DNA of 64,000 nt. It comes from Halodesulfurarchaeum sp. GTDB taxonomy: Archaea > Halobacteriota > Halobacteria > Halobacteriales > Halobacteriaceae. The notes beneath the pieces were generated by a model that worked only from the letters and a program-made list of their open reading frames with translations, did no database searches and was not told where the DNA came from. The DNA is taken from positions 288,001 to 352,000 of the forward strand of contig JAXHNL010000002.1 of the NCBI GenBank assembly GCA_034520565.1, in the 5' to 3' direction. The position numbers and the translations under genes are program-made. Below, piece by piece: positions 19,201 to 29,612 of this stretch. Numbering within the stretch: the stretch's first letter is position 1; each line of letters opens with the position of its first letter.

Positions 19201-20034
19201 GAGGAGCCGCCGGAGCAAAACTTCGTGCGGAAACACCACCTTGAGGAGCGAGGCGGCGACGAGGCGGAAAACGGAGCGGGCGATCCGACGCTTCAGCGCG
19301 TGTTCACCACTCGACCCGGTGGCTACGGCTCCGGGACGAACAAGGCCATCACGACGGGCGAGTGGGACGAGGTGTCGGACCTGGCCGACGTCTTTGTGAC
19401 CTGGGGCGGCTACGCCGTCGACGAATCGGGCGAGGTGAAGGAGGCACACGAGGCACTCGAAACCCGTCTCGAGGGGATCGAGGCGACGGTCAAACTCGAG
19501 GACACCGAAGAACAGGACGAGTTCGACAGCTCGGATTGGTATGCCTTCCACGGCGGTTTCAAACGCGCCGTCGCCGACCGCAGCGGAAGCGAACCCGCCT
19601 CGTACGTCGGGGACGCGAGTGATCCCGACCGACCGCGGATCTACACGAACACCGAGAAACTCAGACAGACAATGCGCAGCAGAGTACTCAATCCCGACTG
19701 GATCGACAGCATGGAAGACCACGACTACAAGGGTGCCGGCGACCTCGCAAACACGGTCGAGATCACCCTCGGCTGGGCCGCGACGACCGATGCCATCAGC
19801 GACACGCTCTGGGAGCAGATTGCGGCCGAGTACGCCTTTGACGAGGACCGACAGGAGTGGTTCATGGCCGAAAACCCGTGGGCGCTCGAACACGTGACCG
19901 AAACGCTCCTCGAGGCCATCGACCGGGATCTCTGGAGGACCGATCAGGAGACGATCGATCGGCTCCGTGACCTGCAACTCGAGGTCGACGGGGCCCTGGA
20001 AGCCGGGCCCGACGGGCCGGAGGTGGCCCGATGA
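16276..20034 (+). CDS. cobN: Cobaltochelatase subunit CobN
   Basis: 1252 aa; ALPELDG, HLGTHGSLEWLPGK, GEGTQATRR, LPTGRNF, RPRIDV. Confidence 0.96.
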   Translation: MCSIGLYTATDQPVSAIRAAAERLSGIDLLVRSGADLADQAAVSRFTERLAEQDVAVFFLHGSESRLPDFESVRRRVQEAGVPVVVSRSGTADGTGDSTVEPPVQRRVADYLERGGVLNVANMARYLADEFGEGTWAADEPVDLPETGVYHPDHPGATVDEFRETFDPDRPTVGIWFYETHWTFENTRYVDALVRSLESRGVNAFPVFTAPTADDPDDRDAAWVAENWFAEESGARVDAILTTFMYSMSMDERGRAAAEPTDPTATGFLEALDVPVVQAMVSMRPRAAYHADDAGLPPFELALSVALPELDGVVVTHPISGKERAGAPDDSTVNGTAPLRHLPIEGRVDHAARLVANWARLGRTPASEKRIAVVLHNYPPSDDGIGTAFGLDSPASLDTLLEALERQGYDVTNRFEDGQAIVERLVRQLTRDARWTDPDRGPTGVAQVTPNTYREWFETLDSDLRATLREEWGGPPTAPIEIPGVECGNVLVTVQPPRGFEADPEKVYHDSALQPPHEYVATYAWLERTFEADAIVHLGTHGSLEWLPGKTVGLDGTSAPDALIDDVPNVYPYIVNNPGEGTQATRRSYATIVDHLTPPMRAAGIHDDLADLEALVREYRDRNRDGAAPTDLAGLESRIRSLVAEADLGPDLGIESGETVAMAELVRALHGYLTDVKQTQIRMGLHLLGEPPTGDRLVEYLYALTRFENPGAPSLRDAVAGAMGVPADRMIEEPERYDPDLGLYYSVAAERVREESLDLVEALADRGFDVSEREIDALIEDLPVLGTERDPEAVAALESALAFIATDLVGRIEAARTELSNTVAALEGSYVPPGKSGAPTRGGADILPTGRNFFTLDPRGVPSKAAWRVGQSIADGVLERHLESEGSYPEEVGVVAWGTPTVRTRGETIAQILALLGVEPRWTDAGRVDGVEPIPLAELGRPRIDVTTRISGLFRDAFPGVAGLVQEAVETVAALEEPPEQNFVRKHHLEERGGDEAENGAGDPTLQRVFTTRPGGYGSGTNKAITTGEWDEVSDLADVFVTWGGYAVDESGEVKEAHEALETRLEGIEATVKLEDTEEQDEFDSSDWYAFHGGFKRAVADRSGSEPASYVGDASDPDRPRIYTNTEKLRQTMRSRVLNPDWIDSMEDHDYKGAGDLANTVEITLGWAATTDAISDTLWEQIAAEYAFDEDRQEWFMAENPWALEHVTETLLEAIDRDLWRTDQETIDRLRDLQLEVDGALEAGPDGPEVAR

Positions 20035-20696
20035 CTGATGCAGACGAGACGGACCTCGGAGCGACGACACAGGACGGGACCGACATCGCCGAGGCCAGCC
20101 TCGACATCGTCGCCCATCTCGTGCCGGGGGACACCCTCGAGGACCGATTTCGGCGGAAGGCCGTCCACGCGACTGGCGATCCCGAGTTCCAGTACCTCAT
20201 GCGCTTTACCGACGATCCGATTCGCAGCGGGGCCGAAGCCGTCCTCGCGGGCAACCCGATCGTCACGGACGTCACGATGCCCCGCCACGGCATCACCGAC
20301 CGCAACCACGACTGCGAGAAGCACACCGCACTGGGAGCGGGTGATGACCTCGCCGAATCCGAGGGGCTCACGCGAACGGCCGCGGGGGTCATCTCGCTCG
20401 CGGAACGGGGGATCTACGACGACGCGATTGCCGTGATCGGAAACGCACCGACGGCGGCACTCACGCTCGCGGACCGGATCGAGAACGGGACCCGGCCCGC
20501 CGTCGTCGTGGCCACCCCGGTCGGGTTCATCAAGTCCGCGGAGAGCCGGGCCCGGCTCCGTGAGGCCGGCGAGGAGTACGGGGTTCCGACGATCACAAAC
20601 GTCGGGCGGCGGGGTGGCAGCGGGCTTGCGGCCGCGCTCGCGAACGAACTGATTCACGTGGCAAGTGACATGGACGCGGGGGAGATCGAGCGATGA
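20031..20696 (+). CDS. cbiC: Cobalt-precorrin-8 methylmutase
   Basis: VHATGD, TDVTM, IGNAPTA, PVGFIK, GRRGGSGLAAALAN. Confidence 0.95.
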   Translation: MTDADETDLGATTQDGTDIAEASLDIVAHLVPGDTLEDRFRRKAVHATGDPEFQYLMRFTDDPIRSGAEAVLAGNPIVTDVTMPRHGITDRNHDCEKHTALGAGDDLAESEGLTRTAAGVISLAERGIYDDAIAVIGNAPTAALTLADRIENGTRPAVVVATPVGFIKSAESRARLREAGEEYGVPTITNVGRRGGSGLAAALANELIHVASDMDAGEIER

Positions 20697-21451
20697 GCGA
20701 TTACGACCTCGATTCGGGCCCCGATCCGGCCGCCGCGGCCGCCGCCGAGCCGGAGGACCCCGCGGCCGAGGATCCCGTCATTGCAGTCGGAATCGGGCCG
20801 GGAAACACCGACTTCCTCACGAAGCGCGGCCGGGACGCGATCCGGGAGGCCGACGTCGTCGTGGGTTTCACCACGGTCGTCGAAATGATCGCGGACCACA
20901 CCGACGCCGAGTTGCTCACCTGTGGCTACGAGGACGAGGCCGAGGCCCTCGAAGCGTTCGGCGAGCGGGTGGCGGCGGGGGCGACTGGGGTTGCGGTCCT
21001 CATGGGCGATCCGAACCACTCCGGCTACCAGTTCCTCGGGAAGGTCGAGGGAGCGGTCGACCGACCGGTTCGGGTCGTCCCCGGCATCTCCGCGATCCAG
21101 ATGGCTGCGAGTCGGGCTCGAACCCCCCTCGAAGACACGCGCTTCGTCACATTGCACAAGTCCGGAGACATCGAACCGGACCTGGCACGCCTGCGAGAGG
21201 TCGTCGGCGAGCGCAACCTGCTGGTGCTCCCGCGGCCCTACGACGTGATGCCCGGGGACATCGCCGCCGACCTGCTGGATTCGGGGGCCGATCCCGAACT
21301 CGACACCCTCGTTCTCGAAAAACTCACCCACGCGGACGAATCGGTGACCCGACTAACGCTCGGCGAACTGGCCGAACACGCCGACGGCGACGGTCCCGAA
21401 GACACGCCCTTCTCGGATCTCACGGTGCTCGCGGTTCGAGCGCCGCGATAG
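20693..21451 (+). CDS. cbiE: Cobalt-precorrin-7 C5-methyltransferase
   Basis: VGIGPG, LMGDPNHSG, VPGISAIQMAASR, TLHKSG, LEKLTHADE. Confidence 0.9.
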   Translation: MSDYDLDSGPDPAAAAAAEPEDPAAEDPVIAVGIGPGNTDFLTKRGRDAIREADVVVGFTTVVEMIADHTDAELLTCGYEDEAEALEAFGERVAAGATGVAVLMGDPNHSGYQFLGKVEGAVDRPVRVVPGISAIQMAASRARTPLEDTRFVTLHKSGDIEPDLARLREVVGERNLLVLPRPYDVMPGDIAADLLDSGADPELDTLVLEKLTHADESVTRLTLGELAEHADGDGPEDTPFSDLTVLAVRAPR

Positions 21452-21532
21452 AATAAGCTTGGTGCGAAATTGCGCGGAAAGTAACAGTGAGACGGTGAGT
21501 ACGTTTTTCGATGCGGAGGCCAATAGCAACCT

Positions 21533-21871
21533 ATGGACCACGTTCCACAGTCGGCCGTCGAAACGGCCGAACCCATCGACGGCGTGCAGTTGCGGCTGCT
21601 CGCGAATGGGGAGAGCGCCAACGTCCAGCAGTACCGGATCGAACCGGGCGGAGTAGTTCCGGAACACAGCCACCCCCACGAGCAACTGGGGTACCTGGTT
21701 CGTGGCGAACTCACGTTCGTACTGGACGGCGAGGAAGTCATCGTCGAAGCGGGCGACAGCTATCGACTCGCCGGCGACGAGCCACACGCCGTGGAAAACA
21801 GGAGCGACACCCTCGCCGAGGGCATCGACGTGTTCAGTCCGCCCCGGACGGACCCGAACTGGGCAGAGTGA
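21533..21871 (+). CDS. Cupin domain protein
   Basis: PEHSHPHEQ...GDSY...EPH cupin metal-binding motifs. Confidence 0.9.
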   Translation: MDHVPQSAVETAEPIDGVQLRLLANGESANVQQYRIEPGGVVPEHSHPHEQLGYLVRGELTFVLDGEEVIVEAGDSYRLAGDEPHAVENRSDTLAEGIDVFSPPRTDPNWAE

Positions 21872-21979
21872 TCTCGAGAAGCAGGCAGTTGAAATCGGCC
21901 CCCCGCAACAGACACGGAACCCCATATCGTATTTTTCACCAGCGGTAGTGACAAACGGTCGAATCGCACTGGGACCCTG

Positions 21980-22332
21980 CTACTGAAGTTCTTCAACGAG
22001 TGAAGTGACCGCTCGATCAACGAGACCACCGTCGAGACGCCCCTGCCAGAAGTCGATATCAGCGTGATCGATCGATTGGACACCCCATGGGACGATCCGA
22101 CTCTCCTTCGGTGTCCCACCGCGAAGCCAACGCTCCTCGGGAATGACGATGAGTCCGTCCAGCCAGGACCTCGACGTGAGGGTCACGACGATGTACTGCT
22201 CACCGTGGAACGGGCGTCCCTCGTGGTTCGAGAGAACGAGCCAGGGTCGACCGGCCCCGTCCCCTTGAACGGATCGACACCGTAGACCACGTCTCCCCGC
22301 CTGAAAACAGGCGTCGGTTCTTCGTCGGTCAC
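21980..22332 (-). pseudogene. PemK/MazF-family toxin with a single frameshift at ~22261-22264
   Basis: GTG at 22332 gives TDEEPTPVFRRGDVVYGVDPFKG; continuation DGAGRPWLVLSN...VTLTS is in another frame; one extra G in the G4 run restores a ~117 aa ORF. Confidence 0.8.
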
Positions 22333-22700
22333 TGTTGGTTCTCGGCACCCGGGTGTGGTTCCTTCGGGGCGTGCTCGCGCCACGCCTCCCTGTCCTCGTC
22401 ACCGAGTTGATCGTTGAACAGCGCAGTCGCCCGTTCGTACCCACTGTATCCTTCGAGACGGTCGACGTCGTCGGTCACCGCCCAGTACGTCGCCTTGTGT
22501 TCGACGAGGTCCCGGTTCTTCAATCGGGAGAGAGCGGTGCTAACCGCACCCACCCCAGCCCCGATCCGGGAGGCGATTTCTCGGGCCTCGAACGCACGAT
22601 CCTGGTTGGCAGCGAGAAAGCCCAGGACCTGATCCGGGACCGAAAGGTCCGAGAGTTCGTTCTCACTCGTGTTTTCGAACGTGTCTCGGTCGATGGACAT
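22329..22700 (-). CDS. Winged-helix (MarR-like) putative antitoxin
   Basis: AFEAREIASRIG...VSTALSRLKNRDLVEHK HTH; stop overlaps toxin start (GTGA). Confidence 0.85.
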   Translation of the reverse strand: MSIDRDTFENTSENELSDLSVPDQVLGFLAANQDRAFEAREIASRIGAGVGAVSTALSRLKNRDLVEHKATYWAVTDDVDRLEGYSGYERATALFNDQLGDEDREAWREHAPKEPHPGAENQQ

Positions 22701-22772
22701 CGTTGAATGCGTATCGGTCGCCCGGTGTAAAGAGTGTTAGGGATGAAATCTATGAAACCGATGAAAGAGATT

Positions 22773-24029
<1,257 letters not shown>

Positions 24030-24113
24030 ACGCGAGCGGAGAGCGGGCCCACCCAAAAGGACTGCCTTTCGCCCGGACCGGGAGATTTTCGCCGAGCCGG
24101 TCCAAGAGCCGGT

Positions 24114-24971
24114 ATGCACGTCATCGCACACGGGGGCGCAGGGGGCACCTCGGGGGAGCCAGCGAAACGGCAGGCTGTCCTGGCCGATGCCGTCGACGAC
24201 GGTGCGGCAGCCGACACGCCCCTCGACGCGGTCGAAACCACCATCAGACGCCTCGAAACGGACGCCCGATTCAACGCCGGCGTCGGCGGGGCCGTGCAAA
24301 GCGACGGCGTGAGCCGGACCGACGCGGGCCTGATGACCGGCGACGGGAAGATCGGCGCCGCGGCGTCGATGCCCGGCGTGGAACACGCAATCAGCGCCGC
24401 CCGAGTCGTCCTCGAGGAAACGCCCCACGTCCTGCTTTCGGGCCGCCACGCAACCGAACTGGCGGCCGATTTCGGAATCGAAATCGATCGAAACCTGTCC
24501 TCGGAGCACTCTCGGGAGCGATGGAGCGAGGCCCCGGATCCCCCGTCAGGGGGTCCCCGAGCCCAGCTCGAATGGGTGTACGAGCGGTTCGGCGGCACGG
24601 ACACCGTCGGGGCTGTGGCCACCAACGGGGAGGAAATTGCGGTGGGCACGTCGACAGCGGGGCGGTGGTTCGCCCTCGCCGGGCGTATCGGGGACGTTCC
24701 ACAGGTCGGGAGCGGCTTTTTCGCCGGGGAGACCGCTGCCGCGAGCGCGACCGGTGCGGGTGAGGATATCGCCCGGAGCACCCTGGCTCGGCTAGCCGTC
24801 CAACGCGTCGAATCCGGAGCAACTCCTGCCGACGCAGCCAAAGGGGCCCTCACAGCGTTCGAGGAGCTGACGGACTCGACAGCCGGCCTGATCGTCCTCG
24901 ATCGGGAGGGGAACCGGGGCGAGGCCTTCAATTCCGAAGCCATGCAGACCGCGGCTGTCGGGTCCGATTGA
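24114..24971 (+). CDS. Isoaspartyl peptidase / L-asparaginase (Ntn hydrolase)
   Basis: IAHGGAG, FNAGVG, DTVGAVA (nucleophile Thr), TSTAG, GRIGDVP. Confidence 0.92.
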   Translation: MHVIAHGGAGGTSGEPAKRQAVLADAVDDGAAADTPLDAVETTIRRLETDARFNAGVGGAVQSDGVSRTDAGLMTGDGKIGAAASMPGVEHAISAARVVLEETPHVLLSGRHATELAADFGIEIDRNLSSEHSRERWSEAPDPPSGGPRAQLEWVYERFGGTDTVGAVATNGEEIAVGTSTAGRWFALAGRIGDVPQVGSGFFAGETAAASATGAGEDIARSTLARLAVQRVESGATPADAAKGALTAFEELTDSTAGLIVLDREGNRGEAFNSEAMQTAAVGSD

Positions 24972-25050
24972 GTGGTCCGCCCCGGGATCGGGTCCGCCGA
25001 CGAGGGGGCAACCCACAAGCACTTTTGCCCTCTCCGGCGAATCCCGTGTC

Positions 25051-25944
25051 ATGGCAGACGTGGATCTCGACGCCGAGCGATTCGAGAAGTACCGGGAAGC
25101 GGGGGACATCCTCCGGGAGACGATGGACGCGGCCGCCGAGCGCGTGGAGCCGGGAGTCACCCACCTCGAAGTCGCCGAGTTCGCCGAGGCACGGATCGAG
25201 GAGGCCGGCGGGAAACCGGCCTTCCCGGCGAACATCAGCATCGACGAGGAGGCCTCACACGCCACGCCGGGCCGGGACGAGGAGACCGAGTTCGCCGAGG
25301 GCGACCTGGTGTGTCTCGACCTCGGGGTCCACGTGGACGGCTGGATCGCCGACGCCGCGATAACCGTCGATCTGGGCGATCACGACGAACTGGTCGCGGC
25401 CGCCGAGGACGCCCTCGACGCCGCACTCGATGTGGCGGGGCCGGGCGTCCACACCGGCGAGATCGGCGCAGCGATCGAAGAGACGATCGACGATGCGGGG
25501 TTCAACCCGGTCGTCAACCTGAGCGGCCACGGCCTCGAGGAGTACGACGCCCACACGGGCCCGACGATCCCGAACCGGGGCGTCGACACCGGAATCGAAC
25601 TCGAGGTCGGCGACGTCGTGGCGATCGAGCCCTTCGCCACGGACGGTCGGGGCACGGTCTCGGAGGGCCAGAAGACCGAGATCTACTCCCTGCAGACCGA
25701 GCGGTCGGTCCGCAACCGGAAGGCCCGGGAATTGCTCGAGACGGTGGTCGAGGAGTACGACCGGCTCCCGTTCGCGGCGCGGTGGTTCGAGGGCGGCCGG
25801 ACCGACATGACGCTGAACCGACTGACCCAACAGAACGTCCTGGAGAGTTATCCGGTCCTGAAGGGAGAGGGTGGCTCCCTGATCAGCCAGGCCGAGCACA
25901 CGGTGATCGTCACCGAGGACGGCGTCGAGATCACGACCGAGTGA
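25051..25944 (+). CDS. map: Type II methionine aminopeptidase
   Basis: AFPANIS, SHATP, DLGVHVDGWIADAA, GHGL, AIEPFAT, QAEHTV. Confidence 0.96.
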   Translation: MADVDLDAERFEKYREAGDILRETMDAAAERVEPGVTHLEVAEFAEARIEEAGGKPAFPANISIDEEASHATPGRDEETEFAEGDLVCLDLGVHVDGWIADAAITVDLGDHDELVAAAEDALDAALDVAGPGVHTGEIGAAIEETIDDAGFNPVVNLSGHGLEEYDAHTGPTIPNRGVDTGIELEVGDVVAIEPFATDGRGTVSEGQKTEIYSLQTERSVRNRKARELLETVVEEYDRLPFAARWFEGGRTDMTLNRLTQQNVLESYPVLKGEGGSLISQAEHTVIVTEDGVEITTE

Positions 25945-26008
25945 CGGTTCGACTCGCCGGCCCGGCTCCGTTCCCAACAGTTACCTCCCGGCCGGGCCTG
26001 TGTCCGGT

Positions 26009-26554
26009 ATGGATTCGATCTTCGCCCCCTGGCGGATCGACTGGGTCGAACGCGACCCGTCGATGGACGACATCGAGGGGTGTGCCTTCTGCGAACTCCC
26101 GGAGCGGAACGCGGATCGCGAGTATCGCATCGTCGCTCGCAACGACGTGGCTTTTGTCCTGCTGAACAACTACCCGTACAACCCCGGGCACGCGATGGTG
26201 ATCCCCTTCGAACACGTCGCCGAGTACCGATCCTTCGACGAGGACACCCTCCTCGGTCACTCCCGGCTCACCCAGCAGACGATCGAAGCCCTCGACCGGA
26301 CGCTCTCGCCGGACGGGTTCAACACCGGCCTGAACCTCGGGGACGGGGCCGCAGGGGGTTCGATCAACGACCACGTCCACACTCACGTCATCCCCCGCTG
26401 GCGGGGCGATACGAACTTCATGCCGGTCATCTCGGAGACGAAAGTCATCGTCGAAGCCCTCGAGGACACCTACGAGCGGCTCCACGAGGCCTTCGAAACG
26501 CTCGAGGGCGCGGAACGGCGGGGCCTCGATCGAGCCGTCGAGGTTTCGCGCTGA
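26009..26554 (+). CDS. HIT family hydrolase
   Basis: IFAPWR, CAFC, NNYPYNPGH, HVHTHVIPRW triad. Confidence 0.93.
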   Translation: MDSIFAPWRIDWVERDPSMDDIEGCAFCELPERNADREYRIVARNDVAFVLLNNYPYNPGHAMVIPFEHVAEYRSFDEDTLLGHSRLTQQTIEALDRTLSPDGFNTGLNLGDGAAGGSINDHVHTHVIPRWRGDTNFMPVISETKVIVEALEDTYERLHEAFETLEGAERRGLDRAVEVSR

Positions 26555-26732
26555 CCGGCCAGAACTATCAAAGTCAATAAATAATGATCGACGGCCGTGG
26601 CCGAGGTGTCAGGAAGTCCGTGGCGACTGCCAGCAGTCATCCGGTTTGAAGACGGTAAACAGTTTAACGGTACATACCAATTGTAACAACAATCCGATAC
26701 ATCTTTGGGAGGGGGCAGCAAACTCCGGTGGT

Positions 26733-27860
26733 GTGACCGTTGGCTATCGAACGATCGCCCCGACCGACGCCGACTGGACGTCACACGTCGGCTACGGGGT
26801 GATGCTCGGGTTGGCGTGGGTACTCGTGGCGTTCAGTACGGCACGAGCCCTCCAGCCTGGCCCCTCGCTCCCCGCCAGGCTGGTCAGCGTCGCGATCCCG
26901 ACGATTTTCGCGATCACGCTGTTCGTCGGTGGGTTCGGCCTGTTCCTTTACGGCCTGCTCGATGAGGCCTTCCGCATCGCGAAGTGGACGGTGCTCGGGA
27001 CGGCGGCCGTCGTCACCGCCGTCGTGGCGAATTCCATCTGGTTTACGTACGTCGATTTCGCCTTCGACGCGGCCCTCTACACACTCGTGAACGCCGCCAT
27101 CAGCGGGGCGATTCTCGGTTTCCTCGTCGGCATCTACGACGCCCACCGGACCCAGCTGGAGCAGGATCTCACGGCGGAGAGCGAGCACGCCGCGGAACTG
27201 GCCCAGCGGCTAAGCGTCATCAACCGCGTGCTCCGACACGACATGCGCCACCAGACCCAGCTCATCCAGGGGCACGCGGACCGGTTGGTCCAGGGAGACC
27301 TCGATCGAGAGACGGCAGCCGGCCGCATTCAGCAGGCGAACGACCGGCTGCTCGACCTCGCAGAGCAGACTCGAAAGCTCCAGGAACTGCTCAGCGGCGA
27401 CCGCTTTGGCACCGATAGAATCGACCTCGTCGAGTACGCCGACCGCGCCTGCGAGACGGTGCAGGCTCGACATCCGGAGCTGGAAATCGACTGTGACCTC
27501 CCGGCCGAGCAGCCGGTTCGGGCCACGCCGCTGATCGAGGACGTGATCAAAGAGTTGCTCGACAACGCGGCGGTTCACAACGACGCGAACCAACCACGGG
27601 CCACCCTCTCCGTCTCCGTCGATGCGGACGCGGAGCGACCCGTCGAACTGACCGTTCTCGACAACGGTCCCGGACTCCCGAAGACCGAACCGAGTCGGGA
27701 AGCGAATTCGATGGAATCCCAACTCCACCACAGCAACGGGTTCGGACTCTGGTTCGTCACCTGGGTCCTCGAGGACACCGCCGGCGAAATCGGTTTTTCG
27801 ACCCCCGATCGGCCGGACGTCGGAACCGAAGTCACGCTCCGATTCCCGGCCCCCGCCTGA
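26733..27860 (+). CDS. Membrane-bound sensor histidine kinase (start uncertain)
   Basis: ~4 N-terminal TM helices; RVLRHDMR H-box, ELLDNA N-box, DNGPGLP G1, GFGLW G2. Confidence 0.88.
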   Translation: MTVGYRTIAPTDADWTSHVGYGVMLGLAWVLVAFSTARALQPGPSLPARLVSVAIPTIFAITLFVGGFGLFLYGLLDEAFRIAKWTVLGTAAVVTAVVANSIWFTYVDFAFDAALYTLVNAAISGAILGFLVGIYDAHRTQLEQDLTAESEHAAELAQRLSVINRVLRHDMRHQTQLIQGHADRLVQGDLDRETAAGRIQQANDRLLDLAEQTRKLQELLSGDRFGTDRIDLVEYADRACETVQARHPELEIDCDLPAEQPVRATPLIEDVIKELLDNAAVHNDANQPRATLSVSVDADAERPVELTVLDNGPGLPKTEPSREANSMESQLHHSNGFGLWFVTWVLEDTAGEIGFSTPDRPDVGTEVTLRFPAPA

Positions 27861-27937
27861 ACGGGTGTGGTTTTCTCACAACCCCTCGGGGATATCTTAA
27901 TTCATAATTAGGGGTACGTGTTTGTCCGAAGCGTCAG

Positions 27938-29404
27938 ATGTCAGTGGAGTTCACGCCGAAGACCTACGCCGAAATGCCCGAGGAGAAACGACTCTCCCTC
28001 GCCGAGGCCCTCGTCCCGGTGGTCGGGATGATCCTCTTTCTGGCCGTCGGGATGATCTATCTCGAACTCGACCCACAGATACCCCTGCTCTGGGGGATCG
28101 CCTTCGCCGGGTTGCTGGGGCGATACTACTTCGACTATCCGTGGACCGAGTTGCTCGACGGCATCGGCCGAAGCATCCTAATGGGACTGCAGGCGATCCT
28201 CATCCTCTTCGTCATTTACATGGTCATCGCGTCGTGGATCGACGCGGGGACGATCCCCGCGATCATGTACTACGGACTCGAGTTCCTCTCCCCGCAGGTG
28301 TTCCTCCCGTTCACGATCGCTCTCTCGGCGGTCGTCTCCTTCGCGATCGGTTCCTCCTGGACGACCGCGGGGACCCTCGGTGTCGCCATGATCGGGATCG
28401 GCACCGGGCTGGGGGTTCCCGCCCCGATGACCGCCGGGGCCGTCCTTTCGGGATCCTACACCGGCGACAAGAACTCACCCCTCTCGGATACCACCAACCT
28501 CGCTGCGGCCGTGACCAACACCGAACTGATGGACCACATCAGGGCGATGCGGCCCGGCACGCTGATCGCCTTCTCGATTTCCTTCGTCCTCTTCGTCGTC
28601 CTGGGGCTGAACGCGAGCGGGACGATCCCGGTCGACCGGGTCGCGGAGATCCAGGGGGCCATCGCCGGGAGCTACGTCGTCTCGCCGCTCGTGTTTCTGC
28701 CGATCCTCCTCACCTTCGCGCTCGCCGTGTACGGCTATCCCGCACTCCCATCTCTCGGCGCGGGGATCTTCGCCGGAGTGGGCATCAGCATGACGATCCA
28801 GGGGATCAGCTTCGCCGAGGCCTGGACGACGGTCCAGTCCGGCACCAGTCCCGAGACGGGCGTCGAGTTGACGAATGACCTGCTTGCAAGCGGCGGGCTG
28901 ACCGGTTCCGTGTGGGTCATCACGATCGTGGTGGCCGCACTGGCCCTCGGGGGGATCCTCCAGGAGACCGGTGTGCTCGCGGCGATCGCCTATTACATCG
29001 GGGAGGCAGTCGAAAGCGTCGCCGGCCTCACCGCCGGAACGGCTGTGGGCACCTTCTCGATGAACGTCCTCGCGGCCGAGCAGTACATGGCCATCGTCGT
29101 GCCCGGCATGACCCTCGGGAACCTCTATGACGAGTACGGCCTCGAGAGCCGGAACCTCTCCCGGGCCGTCGAAGCCTCCGGGACCACCACCTCCGCCTTC
29201 GTCCCGTGGAGTTCCGGCGGCGTCTACATGGCATCAGTTCTCGGGGTGCCGGTCATCCAGTATGCCCCGTACTACTTCTTCGGGTTCATCTCCCCGCTCG
29301 TGCTCGTGTTCATGGGTGTGACCGGCTGGAAGATGTTCTATAAGCCGGGCTCCGAGCGCGGCGACCCGCGAAAACGGTCCAGTCCCGAACCGGCAGCTGA
29401 CTGA
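27938..29404 (+). CDS. NhaC-family antiporter (haloarchaeal ArcD-like amino acid antiporter or Na+/H+ antiporter)
   Basis: GSSWTTAGTLG, GSYTGDKNSPLSDTTNLA, LSRAVEASGT, VPWSSGG. Confidence 0.9.
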   Translation: MSVEFTPKTYAEMPEEKRLSLAEALVPVVGMILFLAVGMIYLELDPQIPLLWGIAFAGLLGRYYFDYPWTELLDGIGRSILMGLQAILILFVIYMVIASWIDAGTIPAIMYYGLEFLSPQVFLPFTIALSAVVSFAIGSSWTTAGTLGVAMIGIGTGLGVPAPMTAGAVLSGSYTGDKNSPLSDTTNLAAAVTNTELMDHIRAMRPGTLIAFSISFVLFVVLGLNASGTIPVDRVAEIQGAIAGSYVVSPLVFLPILLTFALAVYGYPALPSLGAGIFAGVGISMTIQGISFAEAWTTVQSGTSPETGVELTNDLLASGGLTGSVWVITIVVAALALGGILQETGVLAAIAYYIGEAVESVAGLTAGTAVGTFSMNVLAAEQYMAIVVPGMTLGNLYDEYGLESRNLSRAVEASGTTTSAFVPWSSGGVYMASVLGVPVIQYAPYYFFGFISPLVLVFMGVTGWKMFYKPGSERGDPRKRSSPEPAAD

Positions 29405-29612
29405 CGCGGTCGGTTCCTCGCTTCATTTCACGTTGCTCACCCGACACCGGCGCGAGGATGCGAAGAAATGACACCCGCTCCCGAGATCCGGAGCGACGAA
29501 CGGTTAGGCCAGTCAAAAACTGTTAGAGACGTTTATAGACGGTCTCAAACGTTCTGATCGTTCAGTTTCGAACCACGCCGAGAAATACCCCTTCCCCGTA
29601 TGAGGAAGTGTG

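Noticed and set aside
15952-20070. 1372-aa minus-strand ORF
   Set aside because: Antisense shadow of cobN caused by high-GC codon bias; no motifs and non-acidic composition. The same applies to the other long antisense or alternate-frame ORFs such as 58521-59654, 38256-40949 and 30374-32797.
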